This document shows, piece after piece, positions 17,780 through 27,117 of a DNA stretch of 43,971 bases (the stretch's first letter is position 1; each line of letters opens with the position of its first letter). A program made the translations under genes and the position numbers. The notes under the pieces are model-generated. The model was not told the origin of the DNA, did not search any database, and was given only the letters and a program-made list of their open reading frames with translations. The stretch spans positions 1 through 43,971 of IMG/VR virus record IMGVR_UViG_3300036520_000013; one strand, 5' to 3'. Source of the DNA: a virus. Taxonomy: Duplodnaviria; Caudoviricetes.

Positions 17780-19110
17780 CAGATATACCCTCCAACGGCA
17801 GCCAGGATGTTTGCTTGGATCGGGGGCAGCGTAAGGGTCTTGCCCACATCGTTGAGGTGGACAAGATCAGTGGAGCTGCCAATCGAGAACGTTCCCTGCC
17901 CGTTGCCATCAATAGCCCCAGCAACCAGCACTTCGTCGTCGGCTACCAAAATTCCTTGCGCTGCAAGCGTGCGAACTTCGTTGGTGTTGAAGTTTCGCCG
18001 CAGACTATCGCTCGTCCCAATCTGACGGACCGAATGATCAACGGGCAAGATCGGCATGACGATGGGGCAAATGCCGTTTGCGGCGCAAAGGGCTAGGATT
18101 TCATGCATCGCAGCCCGCCATCCATTCACAATGGTTTCAGTCACAGGGTTGCCGACTGCGCCCATGTCGTTCAAGGAACCGGCGCGGAATACCAAGATGT
18201 CAGGCACCAGGCCGTAGGCCAAAATGTCTTTGAGGCGCTGCACAACGAGAGGGGTCGTCTGCCCAGACCATCCCTGGTTAGAATGCACCATCCAGGCTCG
18301 CGGTGACGCTGCATTGATCAACTCGCAGGCCAGCAGCACTTGGCTTTCGTATTGGTATGTAATGCCCGATCCCTCACCAGCGAGAGTGCTATCGGACAGG
18401 GACATGACGTTGCACACCGGACCATCATGGGTGAACACGAAGCCCGTCACCATTGAGCGGGAAACTTTGATCGAAGATGCGCCCCATGTCGCAGCGGTTC
18501 GCTGATCGCCTGACGTGTTGTGTTCACGGAACCGTGCCTTTCCAGCGGTTCGACTGTCCCAATTTGTCAGGTCAACTCCAGCTTTCCCAAGGATCGCCAT
18601 ATTCGTAGACAGCGAGCCAGTGAAACACCTTCCCGCGAGTAATGGACGAGTGCCACCGTCAGATCTGGAGACGGGATAAGCGGCCGCAACATCAGAGTAG
18701 ACGTGTTGAGCACGAGAAGCAGATGCAGTTGCGCCCACACGTGCGCCAGAGGCCAAACCATCTGAGAACGTCGCTGATGCGCCTGTCCACGCTCCGTCAA
18801 GATCAGAGAGCGCAGAAACAAATGACAAAGCCGCCGTGCAGCTAATGGGGTTTGGTGAGGTCGTTGCTCGACTTGCCGACAAGATGACACGCGGGTTATG
18901 CGCTGCCTTGTCATGACGAGCCATCAACTCATAAGCAAATTCCTGAGTTGTCCCAGCTGCTCCGGTTGTCTGCTGAGACTCTGTGCGACCGCCAAATAGC
19001 TGGATCGCTTCGCAGCCGAGCGGGCGGACGAGAGGAGCCGTTGCCTTACGCAATGCTGTCAATGCGTCTGCCGGGACGGTCGCGAGGTTAGCTAGATTAT
19101 TGCCCGCCAT
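17779..19110 (-). CDS. SGNH/GDSL hydrolase-domain virion-associated protein
   Basis: Blocks SDS(TLAG), GWSG, GSLND and DLVH. Confidence 0.85.
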   Translation of the reverse strand: MAGNNLANLATVPADALTALRKATAPLVRPLGCEAIQLFGGRTESQQTTGAAGTTQEFAYELMARHDKAAHNPRVILSASRATTSPNPISCTAALSFVSALSDLDGAWTGASATFSDGLASGARVGATASASRAQHVYSDVAAAYPVSRSDGGTRPLLAGRCFTGSLSTNMAILGKAGVDLTNWDSRTAGKARFREHNTSGDQRTAATWGASSIKVSRSMVTGFVFTHDGPVCNVMSLSDSTLAGEGSGITYQYESQVLLACELINAASPRAWMVHSNQGWSGQTTPLVVQRLKDILAYGLVPDILVFRAGSLNDMGAVGNPVTETIVNGWRAAMHEILALCAANGICPIVMPILPVDHSVRQIGTSDSLRRNFNTNEVRTLAAQGILVADDEVLVAGAIDGNGQGTFSIGSSTDLVHLNDVGKTLTLPPIQANILAAVGGYI

Positions 19111-19113
19111 GGT

Positions 19114-19245
19114 CTAGCTCCGGTATTCGTAATTGGTGGCATTGAAGCGGTAAGGAACGCCATTGAAGGTGAAGGCGAACTGCACCCCCCCGCCCGTTCT
19201 TAGGGCAGAACTGGTCAGGCCTACGCCGAGTGATAGGGACATCAT
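19114..19245 (-). CDS. 43-aa peptide with head-fibre-like N-terminus (MMSLSLGVGL)
   Basis: Directly follows the spike base gene; in frame with SGNH gene across TAG-ACC-ATG. Confidence 0.6.
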   Translation of the reverse strand: MMSLSLGVGLTSSALRTGGGVQFAFTFNGVPYRFNATNYEYRS

Positions 19246-19246
19246 G

Positions 19247-19510
19247 TTAGTATAAGGCCCAGATATCGGTTGCAGTGCCGCCAGTGCGGACCTGCTTGCA
19301 GCGCAACGGGTTAAATCCCTGCTGCAGTGGTACATTGGTCCGCGTGGTGCCGCTTGCCGTTTGCAAATTCGCGGTTCCGGCCGTGCCGACCAGTAGCCCG
19401 CGGCATACCCCTCCGGGGAGATCGGCATCTGCCTTGGTGACGAGAACAAAGTCGGAGGCCGGGGCGCCCGCGCCGCCCTCATCACCGCCGTTTCGGAGGG
19501 AATTGACCAT
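19247..19510 (-). CDS. Head spike base protein, Rcc01079 family
   Basis: VTKADADL...CRGLLVGTAG...PLRCKQVRTGGTATDIWALY. Confidence 0.8.
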   Translation of the reverse strand: MVNSLRNGGDEGGAGAPASDFVLVTKADADLPGGVCRGLLVGTAGTANLQTASGTTRTNVPLQQGFNPLRCKQVRTGGTATDIWALY

Positions 19511-19699
19511 TTACTTGCTCTTTCCCTTGGCAGCCGGAGCTTTCTTGTTCTCAGGTGCAGCCTCAACCATCTTGGCTTCGGATGCGTCGTCCGTTGGCTT
19601 CGTCGTGTCGCCAGCCTTGGCTTTTTTGGCCTTGTCTGCCTCTGCACGCTCAGCTTCAGCAATGCGCTCGATCAGAGTGGATTTACCCTTGGGGATCAT
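19511..19699 (-). CDS. Small post-capsid hypothetical protein
   Basis: AGGAG RBS; Ala/Lys-rich with APENK motif typical after HK97 capsid genes. Confidence 0.65.
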   Translation of the reverse strand: MIPKGKSTLIERIAEAERAEADKAKKAKAGDTTKPTDDASEAKMVEAAPENKKAPAAKGKSK

Positions 19700-19714
19700 C
19701 GCTCAACTCCTATG

Positions 19715-19743
19715 AAAAACGGGACAGCCGAAGCCGCCCCGTT
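19715..19743 (-). terminator. Intrinsic terminator after the capsid gene
   Basis: AACGGGGCGGC-TTCG-GCTGTCCCGTT-TTT on the minus strand. Confidence 0.75.
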
Positions 19744-19760
19744 CATTGATGCACTTGAAA

Positions 19761-20987
19761 TTAGCTGGCCAGCGTGAACGAGCCGGTCACGAAGGCAGCG
19801 GGGCGGTAAACCGTCAGAGCAAGACGTTCTTCCCCGCGGATCGTGATCAAGTTTTTAACAATATTATCCTGATCTTCGGTCGAGATCACGACATTGGCTT
19901 GCTCGCGGTCCCAAATCTGGGCGCCCATTGCGAACGATCCCACAAGGAACGTGCCGGCAGCGATGGCATCGCTTTCGACAACTCGCATACCCCACAGACG
20001 CGGCTCCGTACCCGACGCAAAGGCCGAATACAGGTAGGCGTCGTTGGCGTCCTTGAGCAGTTCGATGGAAGCCCAATCTTCTGGGTTCAGCACCACGCCT
20101 GTGGCAGGATAGAGTGACTGGCGAACCTGAAGCTTTGCCCAGCGGATAACGTCAACAGCAGTGGCACCAGTGCCGCCCGGAATGCCGCTAGTGGCGACAG
20201 ATGCCGGGAAGTCAGAAGCCTGCGCGAGAATGCCATTCAGGTGCTGGCCTGTGCCGTCACCGTTCAGGGTCTCGCCTTCTTCTTCGATGGCCAGGCCATA
20301 ACGCAGCCGACCATCGATATAGCCCTGCAGCATGGCCATATCGTCCATGATCTGCTTCGAGACACGGAAGTAGTGGGCAATGGTGCGAACTGGCGCCGTT
20401 TCCAGCGTCATGTCGAAGGTGGACTCAGGCTTGGTAGCGCCTTCCGCCACAACTGCGGCATTGTTGGTGAAGGCCGTCTCACGCGGGTATTCAATAGCGT
20501 TCGACGTAGTGCGGCCAACTGGCAGCAGGTCGCGGATCGTGAGGCCCTGATCTGGCATGCGAACCAGGCCGGCCTGTGCGCGCGGGACGCCAGGGGTGAG
20601 TGTCTGAGAGCCGACAGCAAGGTCAGTGGTCAGGACGGTTTTGGTTTCAAACTTGAAACGACCGCCGCCGTTGGAAACGAACGACTTGAAGCCGTCGCTT
20701 TCGGCAACCTGCTGGCCAAGGCTCTTGCCCTCGGAAGCGCCGCCATTCGGGCGGGAAAGCTTCTTGTCGAGATCATCAGCCTGTGCAGCAAGCTTCTTGA
20801 CCTCGCTATCGAGGCCTTTGCGCCAGTTCTCAAGATCGGTGGTGTCAGCCTTCGCACCAACGGCCTTCTTGATCTCAGCGATAACTTCGCCCAGGTCGGC
20901 CGTTTTCTTGTCGATGGCTTCGTAAGTGGTCTTTACCTCGGCAGAAATCTGCTTGGCGAGGTCTTCGGGGGAGACGTGCTCCGTCAT
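19761..20987 (-). CDS. Major capsid protein, HK97 family
   Basis: Coiled-coil delta domain; AAVVAEGATKPES, LNGDGTG, EERLALTVYRPAAFV. Confidence 0.97.
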   Translation of the reverse strand: MTEHVSPEDLAKQISAEVKTTYEAIDKKTADLGEVIAEIKKAVGAKADTTDLENWRKGLDSEVKKLAAQADDLDKKLSRPNGGASEGKSLGQQVAESDGFKSFVSNGGGRFKFETKTVLTTDLAVGSQTLTPGVPRAQAGLVRMPDQGLTIRDLLPVGRTTSNAIEYPRETAFTNNAAVVAEGATKPESTFDMTLETAPVRTIAHYFRVSKQIMDDMAMLQGYIDGRLRYGLAIEEEGETLNGDGTGQHLNGILAQASDFPASVATSGIPGGTGATAVDVIRWAKLQVRQSLYPATGVVLNPEDWASIELLKDANDAYLYSAFASGTEPRLWGMRVVESDAIAAGTFLVGSFAMGAQIWDREQANVVISTEDQDNIVKNLITIRGEERLALTVYRPAAFVTGSFTLAS

Positions 20988-21634
20988 TTGTCCGTCCTCA
21001 TGGTTCGGAGTTCAGTGAGGATGCTCGAAAGCATCGCGTGAACCGCCTTTCCCTCGCCAGCGTCCTGCATGGAGTGGATTGCGGAGAACCCGCCCTTCAT
21101 AAGAAGGCGGGCAACGGATCGAGAGAACCCAGCGTCCTGCGTGAGCTTCAATTCGATCTCGCGTTCCGTCATGGAAGCTGCTTTTGCAGCGTCAATCCGG
21201 GATTCTGTATTCATCGGGAACGTGACGACCGAAACCTCCCAGAGGTCGGCCTTTTTGATCGTCCTGATGCCTGATTTTTCGTCCTCGTCTGCGTCAAGCG
21301 TCTTAAAGCCGACTGACAGGCCGCTAACGGACTTGGCTTTGATGCCCTCGAAGACATCGCGGGCCTTCGTCATGCCCAATGTGATCTGGCCTTCGACGTA
21401 CAGCCCCTTGCTGTCCTCTTTGGCAATCTCCCAGACGCCAATCGGGGGCTCGAACTGGTCATGGCCCCAGAGCATCGGAAAGGTTTTGCCCTTGATGCTG
21501 TCTGCGAAAGCGCCATGAGCTACGATGTCGTTGCCTAGATCCTTGATGCCGTAGACGTTGGCATAGCCGGAAATCTTGCCCTCATCCGTCACTTGCTCAA
21601 CAGCAAGCTTGGCGCGTTTGAAATCAAGCGTCAT
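20984..21634 (-). CDS. HK97-family prohead protease
   Basis: MLWGHD, GLSVGF, LWEVSVVTFPMN motifs. Confidence 0.95.
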   Translation of the reverse strand: MTLDFKRAKLAVEQVTDEGKISGYANVYGIKDLGNDIVAHGAFADSIKGKTFPMLWGHDQFEPPIGVWEIAKEDSKGLYVEGQITLGMTKARDVFEGIKAKSVSGLSVGFKTLDADEDEKSGIRTIKKADLWEVSVVTFPMNTESRIDAAKAASMTEREIELKLTQDAGFSRSVARLLMKGGFSAIHSMQDAGEGKAVHAMLSSILTELRTMRTDK

Positions 21635-22871
21635 TGGTCGGCTCCTCTGCCGGCTGCATCAGAGAATTCAGCGGTATCGGCAGTGCGTCGTAGGCTGGAT
21701 CATCCAGCGGGTTGAGATTTTCGCGTTCGCGGACTTCGTTTTGCGTCATCCAGGCCGGTGTGCCGCCAGATCCCAAAGCCTTCGCGTAGAACTCGCTTCG
21801 GTCCTTTGCAGCGCCGCGCAGCAGCCCTTCGCGAATGAAGCGAGGATAGATATCTGCGTTTCCGTCACCGTACCCGATGACCGAGCGCTTAATTTCCTGC
21901 TCAACCCGGTCCATCCAAGGGTCGAGCGTGTGAACCACATGCGCGAGGAAGAATTGCTCTGCACTTGCATAGGTCGGCGTGTCCGTGGTCATCAGCATTT
22001 GCGGAAAAACCATCGTGAAACGGGCTATTTCCTCGATCTGGAACTTGCGGGTTTCGATGTATTGAGCGTCTACAGCACTCATCTGCATGGTGCCGAAGCT
22101 CCAGCCGCCGTCCAAAACCGCTATGCCACCCTCGCCGCCAGGTCCGAAACGGCTCTGCCAGCGGTCCCTGATCTGGTTTGCTGCTTCCGGGCTGATCTTT
22201 TCGGACGAAGAAAGGACGCCAGAGGGGCGAAAACCCCGCGATGCTGTGTCAGACTGGCCCCTTTCCAACGAGACAGACAGCCCTATCGCCTCTCGCGCCA
22301 TTTGCAGCGCCGGCATGCCGCTGTAACCGTCCCATGATGGGCCGTGGATATGCAGAACCTGATCTGGCCTTAGACGCTGCTCGTTTGCGCCAGTGCCGAA
22401 GCGGTAGAACAGCTCTCTGCGGTTTTTGTCCCAAGTGGGCTCGATATCGTCGGGCGCAATGGGCAGAAATTCGCGAACTGTCCCGTCCGAACGCCGGTTG
22501 ATGTAGGCAAAACCGCCCTTATCAAGCACCGCATGCAGGATCAGCGTCTCGCGAAACGAAAACGAGGTCATGAAGTCGTTAGGCTGGTCGGCCAGAAGAC
22601 GATATGCGGAGTGATCGCGGGCTGGCTTACGAACCGTTCTGCCGTCCGAATTGGCCTCGTCAAACAGCTTCAGCGGCACCTGGGCCACGCCCTGCGAGAT
22701 CACACGGGCCGCACAGAGCAATGCGCTCGTTTGCCACATGACTTCGCGCGTGACTTCAACGCCTGAGCGCGAGCCACCGACATAGTAGGGCTCACGAACG
22801 AAGTTGTCCGAATGGGACGAACCGGTGCCAGTCCTTGGCCAGGACCAACTGCCAATTTTCAGAATTGCCAT
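21624..22871 (-). CDS. Portal protein, HK97 family
   Basis: QVPLKLF, VLHIHG, EEIARF, MTQNEVRERENL motifs. Confidence 0.95.
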   Translation of the reverse strand: MAILKIGSWSWPRTGTGSSHSDNFVREPYYVGGSRSGVEVTREVMWQTSALLCAARVISQGVAQVPLKLFDEANSDGRTVRKPARDHSAYRLLADQPNDFMTSFSFRETLILHAVLDKGGFAYINRRSDGTVREFLPIAPDDIEPTWDKNRRELFYRFGTGANEQRLRPDQVLHIHGPSWDGYSGMPALQMAREAIGLSVSLERGQSDTASRGFRPSGVLSSSEKISPEAANQIRDRWQSRFGPGGEGGIAVLDGGWSFGTMQMSAVDAQYIETRKFQIEEIARFTMVFPQMLMTTDTPTYASAEQFFLAHVVHTLDPWMDRVEQEIKRSVIGYGDGNADIYPRFIREGLLRGAAKDRSEFYAKALGSGGTPAWMTQNEVRERENLNPLDDPAYDALPIPLNSLMQPAEEPTNDA

Positions 22872-22880
22872 GCAGCGGTC

Positions 22881-24413
22881 CTAAAGGATGAGAAGCTCGC
22901 CAGCTTCGAGATAGGATTTCGTGGGTTCCGGCTCGTCCATCGGCGCTACGCCCACAGCCATTGCCAGCGAAACCATGCCGTCAATTCGGCCAGAGCTTTT
23001 GTGCTTGGACAATTTGCGGTTGCCGGCGGGATCTGACTGCACCACGGCGTTTGCGGCGCACATGGACAGCACCGGATGGTTGCCGTGCGCCAGTCTGCCG
23101 TTGATGATTTCGCCTTCAAGCTCGCGGAGGGCTGGGCTCATGGACTGGAAGCCCTGCCCAAATTCCTCGAATAGCTCTTCGATGCGCTCTTCGGTGAACC
23201 CCGCCTCGATCAGCCAGGGCTTGAGATGTCGGAAATTCCACCTGTCAAACGCGATCTTGCGCAGGTTGTAGGTTTGATCGAGCCGGAATATTTCGGCTGC
23301 GACCCATTGGTAATCAATCGTCTTGCCAGGAGCGGCAATCAGCCTGCCCTGCTTCTCCCAGACATCATACGGCACGCGGTCTTTCTGGCTCTTGAGGGCC
23401 AAGCCCTCTTTCGGCAGCCAGAACCGGGGCCACACGCCCCAGCGTTCCTTCTGCCGGCCGATCAGCACCAGAGCGGTCAAGTCCTGCACTTCGGAGAGGT
23501 CAAGCCCGCCATAGAGCGGCGTATCTTCGTCCAGTTCACCAGGATCGTCGCCGCAGGACTCCCAGACCGCCCGGCTGATGAAAGGAGCGCTGGCCTCGAT
23601 CCTCTGGTTTAGGTAGAGCCACCGGAAGCTATTCTCTTCTGTCGGCATCCGCTCCGCCTTGCGGGCCATATCTTCCACATCGGTAGTCGAGCGGAAGACG
23701 CCCAAGGCTGGATTGGCTGCTTTCCAGGCTTCACGATCAGTCAGACCAGCATTATCGGGCGCAGAATAGACATGGCTGACAATGCGAGGGTCTTCACTCG
23801 AGTTGGCATCATCCAGCCACCTAGAAAACAGGTCATTGTCTGTCGGCGCCTGAGTGGAAATCGCGATCAGCAGCGACCGACCCTCATATGCGCCCTGTGA
23901 AGTCTCAATAGCCTCGACAAAAGCATCAACAGGCCCGCGAACCTGCCCAACTTCGTCCAGAATGGCGAGAATTGGCGACCCACCGTGAGCGCCTGCTGCA
24001 TCCGCTGACACCGCCTGGTATTCGACATTCATCGGCAGGCCGGTCAGAATCTTCTGGCTGGGCACCGCCTTAACGATCTTGCGCAGCTCGGGCGAAATCA
24101 TCACCATCTTGGCTGCATAATTATAGACTTCCGCCGCCTGTTTCCGCGTCCTGGCGCCCGAAACTATGCGGCTATTCTGGTATGCCTCTGGCCCGACGAT
24201 ATGAGCCAACAAGATCATGGCGATAGTTGCTGTTTTCCCGTTCTTGCGGGCCATCGACAAGTAGGCTCGGGACGTGCCCGCTGGGTTGTCGTAGATGTCC
24301 AGTATGAAGCGGCGTTGAAAAGGCAGCAGCTTGACCGGTTGACCGAGCAAGTTCCCTTCCGGCACGCGACAGTACCGCTGAATGAAGGCAATAACCTTCT
24401 CGCCTCTGGTCAT
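22881..24413 (-). CDS. terL: Terminase large subunit
   Basis: ARKNGKT Walker A, ILDE Walker B, GGLDLS and RIDGMV nuclease motifs. Confidence 0.97.
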   Translation of the reverse strand: MTRGEKVIAFIQRYCRVPEGNLLGQPVKLLPFQRRFILDIYDNPAGTSRAYLSMARKNGKTATIAMILLAHIVGPEAYQNSRIVSGARTRKQAAEVYNYAAKMVMISPELRKIVKAVPSQKILTGLPMNVEYQAVSADAAGAHGGSPILAILDEVGQVRGPVDAFVEAIETSQGAYEGRSLLIAISTQAPTDNDLFSRWLDDANSSEDPRIVSHVYSAPDNAGLTDREAWKAANPALGVFRSTTDVEDMARKAERMPTEENSFRWLYLNQRIEASAPFISRAVWESCGDDPGELDEDTPLYGGLDLSEVQDLTALVLIGRQKERWGVWPRFWLPKEGLALKSQKDRVPYDVWEKQGRLIAAPGKTIDYQWVAAEIFRLDQTYNLRKIAFDRWNFRHLKPWLIEAGFTEERIEELFEEFGQGFQSMSPALRELEGEIINGRLAHGNHPVLSMCAANAVVQSDPAGNRKLSKHKSSGRIDGMVSLAMAVGVAPMDEPEPTKSYLEAGELLIL

Positions 24414-24415
24414 GC

Positions 24416-24877
24416 TCAGTTAGGACGGGCGAGCAGATCGTCATCAAGCGGGTTTTCGGCCTCGATTGCACGAGCACCGTCACGACGCTTGGCGACATCC
24501 CTAGCCTCGCCCCCTTGCGCGCGCGCGTGGAGCGATAACGACCGCCGGAAGCTCAAAATGGAGCCAGCATGCATCTGCACAACCGTCTTACGAGGGTTGA
24601 CGACTGGCGTTCCCTTCTCTGTCAGCAACACTGACCCTTCTATGCGCAGTGCCATCTGCTCGCGCTCCAGATCGGCCATCGTTCGCGCCAGCATCGCCGC
24701 CAGTTCGAGCTGGTGTGCCGTCCATTCCGAACGGGCGAACTCAGCGAGAACGCTTGCGAAGAATGGCAGGTCGCCTTTGTCCAATGGGACGTTTGACGGG
24801 GCTTCAATTTGCTTGGCTGCGGAAGCCATAACGCGGACAGCTTCGGACGAGCTATCAATGCGGCTCTTGCGTGCCAT
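24416..24877 (-). CDS. terS: Terminase small subunit (P27-like)
   Basis: EG...GTPVVNP motif; directly upstream of terL. Confidence 0.85.
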   Translation of the reverse strand: MARKSRIDSSSEAVRVMASAAKQIEAPSNVPLDKGDLPFFASVLAEFARSEWTAHQLELAAMLARTMADLEREQMALRIEGSVLLTEKGTPVVNPRKTVVQMHAGSILSFRRSLSLHARAQGGEARDVAKRRDGARAIEAENPLDDDLLARPN

Positions 24878-24986
24878 AGAAATTACCTGAAAGGAAAAAC
24901 TGAGTTAGCGTTAAAGCGAGAGGGCGCATCGGTGTCCAAGGAGAGGGGGGCTAGAGTTTTAATGGCCCCCGCCTATGCGATTAGCC
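24878..24986. other. Probable cos packaging region
   Basis: Non-coding gap between HNH and terS, the usual cos position in HK97-like phages; exact cut site not determinable. Confidence 0.45.
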
Positions 24987-25256
24987 CTAGTTTGCAGGCC
25001 ATCCGTCTAGCGCAATGCGCCGCTTGACCCGTTTACCTTCTCGCTTCAAGTGGTGCTCAATGCACAGGTTGGCTGTGTTCTCGTCGGTGTCTGGCCCACC
25101 GTCTGCCAATGCAATGATGTGGTGGACTTCATCGGCTAGTGTGAACCTGCCCTCTGCTTGGCAGTCCTCGCATAGGTAGTGGGTGCGTTGTAGGCGCCTG
25201 TCCCTTTGCTTCATTCCGGCTCTGCCGCGAAGCCTGGGGGTTGGTTGGCTACCCAT
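24987..25256 (-). CDS. HNH endonuclease (HK97 gp74-like packaging cofactor)
   Basis: LCEDC...VHHIIALADGG...N...LCIEHH; position before terS. Confidence 0.9.
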   Translation of the reverse strand: MGSQPTPRLRGRAGMKQRDRRLQRTHYLCEDCQAEGRFTLADEVHHIIALADGGPDTDENTANLCIEHHLKREGKRVKRRIALDGWPAN

Positions 25257-25340
25257 CTACCCATGCCACCAGAATGTGAGAGCTTGCACACATTGCAATG
25301 TTGTGCGATCCTGCAATCTATACCAAACAGGATAGCGCAT

Positions 25341-25496
25341 ATGCCCGAGCCAAAGGATCAGCGGATCGTCACGATGATGACCGCGCAGGATGTGGATGCC
25401 ATCGACACTTGGCGCTTTGCCAATCGCATCGCCAGTAGGTCGGAAGCTATCCGGCTATTGGTGCAGAAGGCTCTTGAACAGGAGAAGGCCAAATGA
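25341..25496 (+). CDS. Ribbon-helix-helix protein
   Basis: IDTWRFANRIASRSEAIRLLV motif. Confidence 0.8.
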   Translation: MPEPKDQRIVTMMTAQDVDAIDTWRFANRIASRSEAIRLLVQKALEQEKAK

Positions 25497-25693
25497 GCAT
25501 CCCACCGTTTGGTCTTCGTATGCCTCCTGAACTCCACGAACGGGTGAAGGCAGCAGCCTTAGCTAGTAACCGCAGCATGAACTCGGAGATCATATCGCGG
25601 CTTGAGGCCACCTTTACCGACACAGACATTGCAGCCATCGTAAAGGCCGCCGTGAAAGAGGCACTAGAGGAGGCTTCCCATGTCCATCAATAA
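25493..25693 (+). CDS. Arc family DNA-binding protein
   Basis: FGLRMPPELHERVKAAALASNRSMNSEIISRLE. Confidence 0.9.
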   Translation: MSIPPFGLRMPPELHERVKAAALASNRSMNSEIISRLEATFTDTDIAAIVKAAVKEALEEASHVHQ

Positions 25694-25853
25694 AGCTCGC
25701 GGCTTCATGTACTGGCTGGCTAAGCTGCTCGGTGATGTGCAAGCGGTGAACAAAGCCGCGCGGAAAGGATCTGTTGCTCCTATTGGAAAGCGTGTGGCTA
25801 GGCGTATCGCAGGCAAACTGACAGGGCGCGGGCTGGGAAAGCTGTTTCGCTAG
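25680..25853 (+). CDS. 57-aa highly basic small protein (not in ORF track)
   Basis: GAGGAGG RBS; MSINKARGFMYWLAKLLGDVQAV...GKRVARRIAGKLTGRGLGKLFR. Confidence 0.7.
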   Translation: MSINKARGFMYWLAKLLGDVQAVNKAARKGSVAPIGKRVARRIAGKLTGRGLGKLFR

Positions 25854-26149
25854 TCCACCCAAGCAACTAGAATATGCGAATGGCCCAGCATCAACGCTGC
25901 AACTGCTTGATGCCGCCCGTCATGAACAGCAAACCGTTTGTCTTCTCGCCACTGACCAACGGGGCACGGCCAAGGACTCGCGGGTGCACAGCTCATAATC
26001 CGCTGCATCGCCCGCTCCACATCGCTTGGCTGCATCCTATCTCGGCAGGCTAGAACCACATCCTCTATTGGCACGTAGTCAGTGATGACCTTAGAGCCTG
26101 GAGGGACAACCATGGATCGGTCTTCTGCGACACGGATAGGCTCAGGCAT
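25850..26149 (-). CDS. ParB/Srx-like N-terminal domain protein
   Basis: VHDGRHQAVAALMLG resembles the ParB DGRHR motif. Confidence 0.55.
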   Translation of the reverse strand: MPEPIRVAEDRSMVVPPGSKVITDYVPIEDVVLACRDRMQPSDVERAMQRIMSCAPASPWPCPVGQWREDKRFAVHDGRHQAVAALMLGHSHILVAWVD

Positions 26150-26312
26150 CCTTGACGAAGGTTTCTGTCTCGATCTCTACCTCGCGCGGAGCGACCTTGT
26201 TGGCTACCCAGAGAGCAGCCATGAGTAAACGCATGCGCAGCGAATACGCTGGGGAGCGTGTCAGCTTCAGGCGAACTGTCACCGTCGGCATGGAAGCACT
26301 AAGCTCGGCCAT
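26142..26312 (-). CDS. Small hypothetical protein, first late gene (56 aa)
   Basis: AGGAG RBS; MAELSASMPTVTVRL...; overlaps next start. Confidence 0.6.
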   Translation of the reverse strand: MAELSASMPTVTVRLKLTRSPAYSLRMRLLMAALWVANKVAPREVEIETETFVKDA

Positions 26313-26479
26313 GGCTTACTCCTATAGGGGGGTCGAGCGGGCGACTATTGGCTAACGGTGAATGGGAAGTTGAATTCGCCGCGCTCGATGGGGATTGAGG
26401 CCGCATGCCCTACATCAATGAACCGCGTGGAACGCAGCCGTTCGGGATAGAAGCCTCAAACTGAATTAGATACGCCAAA

Positions 26480-26513
26480 CAAAAACCCCGCACCGTGGGA
26501 CGGGATGCAGGGC
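26480..26513 (-). terminator. Terminator in the late leader (tR-prime analogue)
   Basis: GCCCTGCATCCCGTCCCACGGTGCGGGG followed by TTTTTGTTT on the minus strand. Confidence 0.6.
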
Positions 26514-26643
26514 TTCTGTGACGCTAAACTGGAATTTTGTGCGCAAAAAGCTAATGCGCGGGATGCGGCTGGTCCCACAAAGGCCCGCAGATGACCCGTT
26601 CTCGGAACGTCCTCTGACAGCCAGCCCAAATCACTTGTGGGTA

Positions 26644-26672
26644 ATACTATGCTATGTTGCTTGGTTCCGCAA
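26644..26672 (-). promoter_or_regulatory. Putative late promoter
   Basis: TTGCGG-N17-TAGTAT pointing into the packaging/structural operon. Confidence 0.6.
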
Positions 26673-26677
26673 GAGTC

Positions 26678-26872
26678 TCACTCGCCATAAGGCTGCAGGC
26701 GGTGGAGAAGCGCACGGCAGGCTAACGCGGTTCGACGGTCAGCCCCGCGCTCCTTCATGGTCACAACCGAGTTGGCGGAGATGTCGAGCTGGCGCGCGCA
26801 CTCAGCATCGGAGCGAGCTAAGCCCGCTGATTTCATTTCAGCGAGCCAAGCGGTAAATTGTTCTGGCGTCAT
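26678..26872 (-). CDS. Small HTH protein
   Basis: MTPEQFTAW...SDAECARQLDIS...ALACRAL. Confidence 0.75.
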   Translation of the reverse strand: MTPEQFTAWLAEMKSAGLARSDAECARQLDISANSVVTMKERGADRRTALACRALLHRLQPYGE

Positions 26873-27117
26873 TAGCGCCTCCAGTTCGGGCCGGATGTCT
26901 TGGCCATCATGTAATCGCTATAAGCTTGCTCCTCGCTTCTGTGGATGAAGATAGGGGCATAATGCTTTGGAAGCGGCTTGCCTTCGATGTCAAAGGCTTT
27001 GTTGCCGAGCCGCACTGTTCCGAAGCGTCCCGCCAAGTAGGTCATGCTGCCGCCTTCCCGCTCCGTGTTCCCCAAGAACACCTCTTGGGGGCCGCAAGGC
27101 TCGTGGTGGCCGCTCAC
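26872..27117 (-). CDS. Hypothetical protein
   Basis: Translationally coupled on both sides. Confidence 0.6.
   Translation of the reverse strand: MSGHHEPCGPQEVFLGNTEREGGSMTYLAGRFGTVRLGNKAFDIEGKPLPKHYAPIFIHRSEEQAYSDYMMAKTSGPNWRR

Noticed and set aside
19114-19662. 182-aa minus-strand ORF as a single gene
   Set aside because: Overlaps two better genes (19511-19699, 19247-19510); only the last 43 codons look genuine
26313-26640. tRNA gene in the late leader
   Set aside because: No cloverleaf with a T-loop GTTCRA and matching acceptor stem found by eye on either strand
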